Position numbers and translations under genes: made by a program. From Sphaeroforma arctica JP610 (Eukaryota), in contig NW_014040468.1 of NCBI RefSeq assembly GCF_001186125.1, positions 47,122-81,854 on the forward strand: 34,733 nt of DNA, read 5' to 3'. The notes beneath the pieces were generated by a model that saw only the letters and a list, made by a program, of their open reading frames with translations, searched no databases and had not been told where the DNA came from. Of this stretch, positions 1-11,800 are shown piece after piece (position 1 is the stretch's first letter; each line of letters begins with the position of its first letter).

Positions 1-289
1 TATAGAATGGCAGCTAAAGACTGCCTCAGATCTCCGGTACACCAGGCTTGCGGTACGGTAAAGTATCATAAGTATATGGTCAACTCTATGTATTACTACA
101 TAATATATAATTATATATAGGACGTCTTATAACATTCGTTATAATATGGAGCGCTGGTGAATACCATAGGTCCATAGCGACATATCCCGTGTAGACAGGC
201 TGTGTGACTACATATTTTTAAAAAATAAAAATAAAAAACTGATTCATCTCAATAATCGCCAAATGGGCGGGCGATTGTGATGCAGCGGG

Positions 290-322
290 CCAATGAAAAA
301 TTCGAATTGTTGGCGCGGGAAA
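290..322. promoter_or_regulatory. Candidate cell-cycle promoter module upstream of CKS1: CCAAT box, CHR-like TTCGAA, double E2F site
   Basis: CCAAT at 290-294, TTCGAA at 301-306, TTGGCGCGGGAAA at 310-322 (minus strand TTTCCCGCGCCAA). This is a short GC-rich island between A/T tracts about 640 bp upstream of the CKS1 ATG. Confidence 0.55.
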
Positions 323-956
323 AAATCGTGAATTTTTTTATATCTTTTTATATTTACGTAGAAATAAAGTATTAAAAAAAAATTGTTCGTTGGATTGTTC
401 CGAGCTTCTCTGCCGGTACAAATATTTACTAAAGTACATGAATTCTATACTAACGTGTATAGCCGCAGGAAAGACTTGGCAGTAGAAACAATTGCAACTT
501 GAAGGTGTGTTAGTAGTGGATGTTTATCTGTACACATACCTATTTGCATAGTTATCAGTTCTCCTAGCGTATACTATTTCATCCTACAGATCTAGCGAGT
601 CTGGTAGCCAAGGCTAGGAAGCGGACAGTTTTGTGATCATCCAGAAGGCTTGACATGGGACAATAGATCCGTATGTGGACCTGAAATATGCGCATTTCAA
701 ATCAACCATACCAAAAGTTCTTCCTACTTATTCATACTCGTGATGCGAATAGACGAATCTGAATTTTTAAATGGCGTTACGAAGGTTTAGAATATAAATA
801 TAACTGGCGGCAACCCTATTCTTTTCACTGGACAGGAGTGTTATGATAGTACTAGCATGTCGGTCGGAGTGATTAACATGTGCCTAACCGTGATACATCA
901 GTGTAGTCGACTCACCTCTATTATTGATCAACTTTACAGATATCTAAAACAACACC

Positions 957-2145
957 ATGCCGACAGCCGATAAGAACATCACATATTCCGACAAGTACTG
1001 TGATGAGATCTACGAGTACCGGTATGCATACTACAATGAACCAATTCGTTAGACAACGTGCAGGAATAGTTATAAATCAGTCTATATGGTTATGTTTTCC
1101 AGCGCGAGAGTAGAGTGTAAAACTTAAGTTATGTGAATAAACAATAGATGAGATCAAAATGTCGAATTTGAAGCTGTCTCTATTCCAGTTTTGGTGTAGA
1201 TGGTGTAACCAGACGATATCTTCATATCAGTGACTGAAGACACGTGGGAGCATAGTATGCGCTTCCACAGGCTCTTTAGTCTACACGGAGTAGAAGTTAT
1301 ATATCCTTTTTGATGGCTATACTGCACGAGTTTAATGTATATTCCGAGAGATGTTCTAAATATGCACGTGTACGAGCTATGACAGGAGATTATATTTTGT
1401 TCCTATTATATCGCAACTTGTGATTTGCACTGTATATTTACTGTTGAACATCACACTGTCCCAATATATTACAACCATATTCTTGCTTGCGTATTTGAAA
1501 GTTTGTGTATATATACTATCGTTAACTTCAGCTACACAATTCTTTTAAGCACTCAGCGCACCCTTCAGGCTTACTGTAACCATATATGCATATATGTATG
1601 TTTGTCAGACATGCTTGCTTTCACTCCTCAATGGTATCTGCTACGTGGTGTCTATGAATTTTACTCTTCTTTTGCAGCATATCTTGTGTGATGTACTGTG
1701 TTAAATCAAATCGGCCTCACAACACTAGTATCGATTTTTTTATAACAACCATGTAGGGGTGTGTCGTAAATTGTGACATTGCATGCAACTGTCGCATCCA
1801 GCAGGTTTATCCCTTGAGTGAAAAACACCCCTGTCACTATCGTATCACTGTACCACTTCCATAAGGATTTACCACCATAAGAACTCAACCTGTTAGAACC
1901 TTTCGCGTCTACACGTTCTAAATAAAATGATCAACTCTCATGCCGCACACCCGCACAGTCACGTTACTCTTCCAATGGACCTTGCTCAAAATACACCGAA
2001 GGACAGGCTTATGACTGAGTCGGAGTGGCGAAAACTGGGGATTCAACAGTCCCGAGGATGGGAGCACTATATGATACACAAACCAGAACGACACATGATC
2101 ATGTTCAGACGAGAACACCACCTGTCAAACAACCCTATGATCTAG
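957..2145 (+). CDS. CKS1: Cyclin-dependent kinases regulatory subunit (Cks1/Suc1 family), 2 coding exons, 83 aa
   Basis: Exon 957-1021 gives [22 protein letters not shown] and ends CG|gtatgc. Exon 1959-2145 begins after cacag| and gives [51 protein letters not shown]...*. The YSDKY, YEYRHV and EWRxLGxQQSxGWxHY motifs are hallmarks of Cks. Confidence 0.96.
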
Positions 2146-2887
2146 CTCAGTGATGAGAGCAACCTGCGGAGGTATAAAGTCAATACCTCATTAAAGGAAT
2201 GGGTTCTTTTGTGATTTTGGGACGAAATGCGACTTCGAACACCCTGCCGATAGGGAACAAGACTTGAAATGGAGACAGCATTCGAGGTTTTGGAGGTGGA
2301 AAGGGAAACGAGGCATCATGTGCGCGGTAATATGGCCGAAGATAGCATTTGACCTCTTTCTGTGTTTGTGAATCGCTTTTGAGCCGGAAAAAGATGTCCT
2401 TCTGCAAAACACTTACGAAAATTGGAAGACTGAGAGTAGATCAGGGCCGTCTCGTAACAGTACAGAGGCAGCTTACGGCATTAAACTGCGAGATTGTTGA
2501 TTCTCAGAATAATATATTTAATATATGGCTTTTCTTGCAATTGAGCTTTGTGCGCACGTGCTAACAGAACTTAGTCCATTTTATTTGTCTTCGGCATGTA
2601 AGTTGCGAGCACAATGAGGTCAAAAGGCCACTTACCATTGCGCTATTAACAGTATGTCCTTCCCGCATACGCAACCTACGGTTACATGCAGTAGTAGCAC
2701 ACAACGCTCACAATGTAATAGTGAGTAGCTGTCGTACCCCAGATGCCAGCATGAAAGCATCTAACTGAATACGAGTCTCATTATGCTATGTAAAACTTTT
2801 TTTAGCTGGCATTGTCTTGCGTTACATCCGGTATTCTTTCCCATTACTAATTTCATTCCTGCTGACACTACATTTGGGCACTCTCTC

Positions 2888-5800
2888 CTAGTCGTACCGC
2901 GCGAGAAAGCCACACACATTCTCGATGTGGTCGTACATTTGAGACATCTTCTCATTGCACTGGAAGTTTGTGATAAACGAGCATGAGTTAAGGGAATCTC
3001 TAATGTATAGGTTTGGTTTTACGGCCTGTTGGGATGATTTTGCGAGGAATCTTATTGAGTAGTCCTAGCCTACGATGACGATGTACCGTGTGGTTTTATA
3101 AGCCGTCAAGTTAAAATTTTGTAGGCCACAAAAGTAGCTGAGCTACCTTAATACACTATTGGGATTTTCGTGGTGCATATAGGTATCAGGAGAGTATTTA
3201 GTAGTATAGAGGAGTGTACTATCAATTCTGAATGTATATATAATGAGTATGTGTGCTCCAAGTATGTTAATTTATATATCTAATCTGCATGTGCTCGTAA
3301 GTATGCATGTAATATACCCTAGATATATCCTACTTGGAGTACTGTTTCATGTATTCAGTACGTGCACGTCTGGCGCGCTTACCAAGGTTTATCATATCTA
3401 TAAAATCAATCACCGATGGTGAGTTTAGCTATAAATATATATGTAACTAGATGCCTGCTAGTATAAGTTTGCTTGCATGGAAGGTGCGCGCGGTGACAAC
3501 CTACATCGGCTTGAAAGAAGTAGCCATCCTGACGTAGAATATAATCAATTCCCAGATTGGATTTGCCTGATCGACAGAACGAGCTTTTCTCCAGCAAAAG
3601 AATGGCGAAGATAGCATCATACACCATCACCTATAGGGTTATGGAGAGGCATTCACAGCATCACTCGACAAGACCTTGTATTTGTACCGGGCTATATCCT
3701 CAAAAAATGGTTTACATCTCCGGTGTAGTATGATCTGCGCGATCATATGATTGTGTTTCAACTCCTTAGTTACTTTTTCTGTAGTTGTGTTGTGCCCGCT
3801 TCCGTTTGACTTGATTCAAACCCTTAAACTATTATCCCGGATTCTTTTTAACACGGTGTTGAAATTTATATTAAGACAAGTGATCTCATGTGCTCAAATA
3901 GTACGAGTGAGTCTCAGTCTGACGAATATTCTTAGTCGGAAGCCTGCACTTGCACTTTCTCAAAAACATTTTGTTCTTGTTTGTGATGCAATCACGGCGT
4001 CGGCTGATCGCGATGTATTGCACGTTTCAGCTGTGCATGAGTGACTGAAGCCGTGATACAGTACGTGTGTGATGTTGCATAACATACGGTGGCTAAAACA
4101 AAGAACATTTATTGTTGATGATTGGCATTTTAACCAAGGAGACACATACCTCTGCGCGAAGATTTAGACGTGTGTATGCCATCGCAAGATTAAATAGCGT
4201 TTGCAAATCGCGCAGCCCCATGTTAGCTCCTCCTTGTCGACTGCAGTGCATAAGAGTACAATGAGTATACTTCACGATCTATGTGAAGTCATAAAAGAAG
4301 CAGTTATAATATACAACGGCTGTGAGAAATGCGAAAGGCTTTACTGTAGGGATAATTTGATACGCGCAAAGAATCTTTCTACACGTCAAGCCCGATACCA
4401 TGCTCCGCTTAAATCGATTCACAGCAGTTGGTACACAACAGTGCAACTGGGCACATTATGTTGCTCGAGAGAAATGCGCGCCATACTGTTCCCTTGACCC
4501 TCGGCCTCTCTGCTGATTTTGTGGTACACAATATTCTACATACATATTTGTCTTCGCGGTTACCTTTGATGTATATCACTAATTTCAAGACTGTAGATTT
4601 GAGCGAGTATATGAACAGGAGAATATAACTCATATTCTGAACATGTGACAAGATAATTATTACGTACTCTTTTTTAAGCACCAATAACCTTTGTATCCCA
4701 TTACATTAGTACATGACTATATTCAATGAGTGATCTTAAGGTTGTACGATAAGTGTTTGGCACGGCTTCGGAACGCGGAGTGCAATTTCACTCGCCCATG
4801 CAAAAGCTCCTCTCTGACCTCCGAGTTGCCGGCAAAAGTCCGTGTTGTGAATTCGTTTGTTTACACATATCGAGTGGTGCAGTTATATACAAACATATTT
4901 TGAATTTTTTTGTGTTTCCCGATGCATATAATTAACTATATAATTGGTCCGCCTTAATCGGAAACAGACCGGTGGTGAGATCTCTTTGGTATCACACACC
5001 TACCTGGAGACGTAGTACCCTTGAAGTGCATCCATGGCCTCGTGCGAGTACTCTACCTCGAAAGAACCCGCGTATGCCAAGTACTACAACACGTTAAATA
5101 CAATAATTAGCAACTCGGACACGTCTTGGAGTATGAGGAGGAAGCATATACTACTGCATGTAAGTTGAAACACGCGCTAGAACTCTATTCATGACTTGAA
5201 CATTATTTGTGTATTCGAAGTGGCTACATCAAAAGCTACCGTGCACATTGAAACTACCTCCATTTGCCAAGCTTTGCATACATTCCATTATGTACCATGA
5301 GTGCTATAGAGCGCTGGTGCACATGTTTCGATTGCAAAATATACTGATGATTAACAGCAGTATATACCTCACACAGGTCATCAGGCGTGAGTGTTTCAAA
5401 TGGGTCCACCCCTCCACTTTCAACGGACCCAGAAAGAATAGTGAAGATTTTAGTTGTTTATTCTTACTGCAAAGGTGACATCTGATCAGCTGTTGGTAAT
5501 TGCCCAATTATAAGCAACTCGTCCAGAGCCATTTTGAAGTGAGACTTTGCCCCCACCTGGGATCTATCCATATACTTGCCCATATCGCTTGACAGAACTA
5601 TCCGCACATGTACACTACGCTCACACTGGACTGCTTGTTATAGCATTTTAGTAGGCGGCAAAGTCAGCCTCACTTGCGCTCAAAAGTGAAAATCAGTGTA
5701 GCAGTATAAATGGTTTCGACCACAAAACATCAATGCTTATACATAATGAACACAGAATATCGTGAAGTTGCGAATAGCCACTTTTGAATCTCATTGAAGG

Positions 5801-8800
5801 GGTTTGATTGGTTCCAGAGATACACGGGCGAAAAATGCACACGACAACTCAACACCAGAATGAGTTCGAGCACCTCCATTGGAAGAGTCGCTCATCGCAG
5901 GCAGCCTCATCATGTCTTCGATCCAGTGATCCCTCGATGATCAAATGAAATTTACTGCATTCAAGGCCAAACAGGTCGATTTAATCGGAACCTACACATT
6001 TTTTGCGCTGGTAGGTCCTATACGCGGCAGAAAGGTGGTTTCTAATACAAAAGTGTCATTTCCATTTCGATGTCCTAACCGAATACCGCCCAAGATAAAG
6101 AAAGACAAAACAACGAAAATTGCACAATAACTTGTGTTTCGCGCTATCAGGACGCAATCAGAACCTATTCGAGATACAAAGCCGTCACTATCAGCGAGGG
6201 TATATTAGAATAAATACACTATTATCTGCAATCAATACAGGAATATAGCTTACTATATGGTGCATAAGACCTACCTTCGCAGTAGCTCCGGTAGCTTAAC
6301 CTGGATCTGTACGATTGCACAGTACAGTCAAGATTTACAAAATCAGTAGATTATTGTGTGTTTGTGAAACACAAAATAAAAAGGCCTGTAGCTGTACAAC
6401 ATCAGACAACCGCTACAGTAGCAATACTTGTGAGGAACTAGAATTATTCACCAACAACAGACGATCATCTCTTACCTGAGACACGCGAGTGTGACCAATC
6501 ATCATTGTGAATCATGTGCTTGGTTTGAGCGATACGCACGAACAAACTCCAATTTGGCTCACAAGAGCAATCTCCAAACCTGGAATACATTTATTTGCGA
6601 GCTTGTACACCTTTACTTTTCTATCGGACACTGTGCTTGTGGTACGGAAAGACGCCACTGACGATGCCGGCGAGCTACTAACATCCTTCTCAGTCTAAAC
6701 CTCGAAAAATACAGCATGACACTCAGGTTAGAATACAAATGGTGATGTGCGTGTGTATGAGTAGCGGTAGGCTATTGTCTACCTCTGATTGCTTCGTATA
6801 AGATGGGCTTATTATTACTGTGGTCGCATTGGTACCTCGATCTCTTTGAAATAAAATTGACTTTTGAAAGAGACATGAGGCTTCGTGTTCTTGAAATGTC
6901 ATCGCAACGCTTGGTCACTTGTGAAGATTGTTTGCCAATATTTATGCGTATTTGTCGAAATACGTGCGAGTCTTTCGCTACTGCATGGAATGACTGATAT
7001 ATGGTTTTTTGCTTTGATATCAAATATTTCGATTTCGCTGATAGACTACCTAGCGTAGACAGCTTCCAATCTGCAAGCTAGTCAGACATTTTGGAACCCT
7101 GTGTCGAAGTATGACTTCCAATGCCCATTTACCTGCGATCAAATGAACAGAACGTACAACATGCCTCCGATACATGGTTACGCACATTATTAAAACTATA
7201 CCTCACTCGTGGATTCGTACGCTAGTATGTTTGCTTGGAAAGGATAGCGTGTGATAATCCTCATTTTTGTGCTATATTTCGTCTGTGAAGTTTTATTCAC
7301 CTCGACATCGATAGTACCCGACGCCAGAGCTGATGTTTTGAGAAAAACGATGAGCATCTCACATGTCAAAAAAAGAAAGAGATCCTGTAAATCACACAAG
7401 ACTTCCCATATCGAACGTACAGTAAAGCTTCATCACGGCGATTCAGAACATTCCTATCATCCTGAAAACAGACTGTAACAAATACAGCGTACTGTAACAA
7501 TATCGCGGTATATTTGCGGTATTGTATCAATATCACGAGGCGTGCGTGAGTTGAAGGACATACTCGCACATTCTTGAGATTCTTCGTAGCTCTAAGTTGT
7601 CAGTACCCAATTTCAAAGGTGATTATACTATTGAGCTCTGGCTGCGATGCCCTGAATTACAGAGCACAAACAGTTAACGATTTTATCTTTTTCAATAATG
7701 CATCGAAGTGCTCCTGTTATTCAATATTTTCACAATTGTCACAGCATGTATGATCCTCACCTTTACTTAGAGCCACAAACAGGGCCAACCAATGTAATGT
7801 ACGAAACGGGTGCCGTCCCGTGAATGCAAACATACCTTGTGCGAGGCTCCGTTGTTCAGACTTACTCAGCCGACTAAGTTCGTGCACAAGACACAACCCT
7901 CGACCCGCCAGCAGTATGGTTCCCCCTTTTGCCAAGGGAATGTGCATGAATGTGCATGATACATTTCATTATACAAGGGGCATTTCTCAACCGCACCAAG
8001 TGTACACGCTTAATGTTGTGTTTGCGGAACTCTGCAGTTTCTTAAACAAATAACATGAGCTTCACTTCATGAAGGCTTGGAATATACTAGCTTTGACTAA
8101 TACAAACTTTAACAAGACAGATTTCAATAATGACGACCCGATAGAGTCGTAGCCAGGCAGGTGAAAGGCTAGTTGTAGTAGCCTTCAAGTGAAGTGATTG
8201 ATATTCACTCTAATACCATTGCCACTCTCACGCCCATGCGGCAGCTATATAGTAAAGTCTGATGTTTGCCATGCGCAAATATAAAACAGCACCCATCTCT
8301 CATCCCATGCAAGACTGGCCAAACATATGTGCCTTACCGGATGCAACAGTCGGGCGAAGGCGGCTCGCAGCTGACGTTGTTGGTAAGAGGTGGGTCGAAG
8401 TACTTCCGCTAGTGTGCTGTATTGCAAAGATAGTCGAACGACAAGTACATGCTAAATGCGTATGCATACTTTCATGGCATAATTCGCACGTGACTTTATA
8501 GAAATATAAATCGAATCTGCGCAGTGCGATGATTTATGAGTACAAAATACGAGAACAAGTATGTGACATAAGGGCAATTCTTTAAATGGTCCACGAATCT
8601 GCGAGATGCTACAAAAAGACAAACTTTAGTCAAAACACACACTAACGCAACAAGCACAAAATATCCAGAGGGTATGATGGTCATCGGCAAGCATTGGCGC
8701 GTACATATAAATAGTTATGAATTGATTGTGCTGCCAATAATACTAACTATAAGCAGCCTGACGATAGTTACCAGCATACAATTTCAATACAGACTTCTTG

Positions 8801-11800
8801 CCTGAGTGGACTGAGTAGCCAGTCCGCATGCCATGATACATAGCCTGGCAATTTCGGGGTCATCAGAACCTATTAGAACATCCAGGTTACAGGGCCGCAC
8901 CTCGGACAGCGATGGATTGTGACTGGGCTTCACAGGTTCGATATCATTGACGAAACTATGTGAAATGTCTGAAAGTAAAGTCGATAAAATTCCAGCAATA
9001 GTGAGCGCCCGATACGTTCATCATTTTGAGATACCATGTGAGTTGTTCTAGGACGAATACATTTTAATAGCGTTGGCAATCGCAAATAGGAGAGGTACAA
9101 CATCACAGTTCACCTGCTAGAATAAACTCCCAATGAGATTTAAAAACCATTGTGCTTATTGCAAAACATCACATCTTTCAATTTGCCTTGACCTAGACTA
9201 AATATTATTGACATTTGCAGAAAATCTTTAGAGTAGCGAGTGTGAAATACAAAGCGAAATACAAGCCAACGGGAATCTCTATGGCAAATGAAACGACGCT
9301 TGACCCTCATAACCAAGCACGCGATTGTATCGCTTGTCTAAGTAGATTCTAGTAAAGCTTCATCTCGCCTTTGTAGCTTTTTCGTTGTATTACCGAATAC
9401 CTGTATGCTCGGCAGATGTATTCGAATACGTAATGACGAGTTGAATCAACAGGGCAACTTTTACATCCAGATGTGCCTCCATTGGTACTAGCAGCCCTGT
9501 ACCCGAAGTATGTGACTCCAGATTTCAATGGTGCGCAATTGATTGTCACTATCGTCAAATCTATCCAATCGTAGTAGATAAACTCGCTCCTTTACGCAAT
9601 AGACGCAATCGTCAACGCGGTGCTGATTGTATATCGTTAAACAAATCACAGCGAGCAAGGAGCAGAAAAAATAAATGCAACGTCCAAAGCTACACGTGCA
9701 TATATGAGACAGACACCTTCAATACTTGATGTGCTTTGATGACAAGCAAAACATACTGTTTGATCAAACATGCCACATGTAAGGTCAAAACACACATCTT
9801 ACGGCCGAATTCCCGAACAAGGCGATTGATGAACTGCCATCCGTGGCTGCAACCCTGCATCAAGCGGAACACCCCGTTTGCAGGTGAAAGTGGTGGCGGT
9901 AGCTATATCAAATACGAGCAGGGAACATGTTGGCTACAGGCATGTCCACGTTTTAAGAAAATTGTTGCTGACTTTTAATTGCACAATGCTGCGATTAGAA
10001 GTATTGAGCTCATAGACTGATGACACTGCTTACATACAGGTAAGTAGGTACAGTGCCTAATGTAAACCTTAATTCTGCACACGAACCTTGTTCGGTGGAG
10101 GGAAATCATTCCAAACCATGTACACCACGGGTAGCGTGTTGAAACCTTTCTTCTGGTACGGCGGCATATCCTTAGTCAGCGATGCAACGACCTCCACACA
10201 TGCGCCTATATGCGCGACTTCGAGTGCACCTTCTCGCACTAGTAGCTCTGTGCGGCAGTTGACAATGCTTGACTCCCGATTGTATGGTGCTATGCGCAGG
10301 TGTGTTGCGTCCACCAATCCTGGGTATGGTGAGATTGTAGAACGTAGGCATGGGAGAAGAAGCTGCCGTGTTCGCGTATAGATCTGACTATAAGCCATAC
10401 AGACATACACGCAATTGGGAGCTCCGAAAGGGAAATATACTGATGCTGTAAACATCATCGAACAAAACCACTGCCCAGTGCACCATCACGAACATGACAA
10501 TCACGCTAGTAAGACACATGATTGATGCCTACAAAGTTGATTGGTAGTTGTCATGATGTTGTCCCTTCCTCAGACACCTATATGTGAGCAAAAGACATAT
10601 GGCAATAGATCTGGTATGTCCAGGTAGATGCACAGGTACAAGTCAGCAAAAACGTACCTATCAAACGCTGAGTGCCATACACTCGGTATCGCTCATCTTC
10701 AATCAGTGTGCCTGAGCAGACCTTGCACACTAAATGCGAAGGATAGCAACTAACCACAACAACTGCCTTACACGTGTCCACCTCGCATACCAACCGCATC
10801 GAACGTGTGTAGGGAATGTTCTCTGAGATGTCGAATATGATGCCAAATATGCGCACAAGCCCTCTTCTCTCGTATGCATGTCTGCCTGAATTGTATCTCC
10901 CTTTCTTTTCCAGCTGCCGCACAACACCGCCAAAATGATGTAGTTGCATAGACAGTAGCAGGCGTTGACCATACATAGGACCGCTCAGCATCGAGCGTGT
11001 GCCTACAAGGCTCGCGAACACCGCGCTAAGAGTACTCCGAAACTCGTGAGGATTCTGCAACAGGCTCCGGCATGCATCTGGAGCATTGCTAGAAAAATCT
11101 ACCAGATCGAGACTCAGAGATATGGGCACAATGTGCAGCTCACTATTCGCAGCGCCAACCCTCTGCACATGCGCGTAGCATTGTTCAGACAAATCTTGCA
11201 ACAATGCGGCCTCATTGATATTGCTAATCAAATAGGTACATAGCTCCTCGTACAAAGTGGTGGTGGTCTCTGCGTCTGCCAGTAGATGTGGTGCTGTCAA
11301 ATGCCCCTGTACGCTAGTCGAGTCCTTATGACTGGTAGCCACCTCAGATGGTACCGACTGGTCGACTACTACGGATACACCATTCAACATGCCAGAAAGT
11401 ACACTATCTTCCATGGCATCCATATTGTTAAACGTTTGTTCGAATAACCCGTCGTTAACGTCAGTGCACTCATCTCCTCTCTCAATGCTACCAATACGGC
11501 GGAATAAAGACTCGCCCCCACGAGTGCATTCCGCACTACCATTCGCACTCGGTAGCTCACTTTGTGTATCACCGGAGGGCTGCGCGTGATACCTGAATCT
11601 TTCCAACTTAGAAATTGTGCGTGCTCCTAGATTCGTGATAATTGAAGAGGCTTGTATTGTACTTGGACTGTCAGGAGTCAAAGACGAGCGGTTGCACTCA
11701 AGCATCTCATTGCGCTCGGGTGTATGATCCTTTGCATGTTGAGTATTGCGTTCACTATTTGAAGCCATCGGTGTGAGCTGCTTTCTACTATTACTCGCTA

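Noticed and set aside
1927..1958. ORF-track start [11 protein letters not shown] for CKS1
   Set aside because: This is intronic read-through. The true N-terminus is exon 957-1021, spliced to the acceptor at 1958.
8050..8190. Small hairpins in an MCMDC2 intron as snoRNA or SECIS
   Set aside because: Stems of only about 7 bp, with no C/D, H/ACA or SECIS core arrangement.
10578..10657. Stop at 10578 as the end of an independent 841-aa gene
   Set aside because: A donor G|gtacgt at 10657 continues in phase into further MCM exons.
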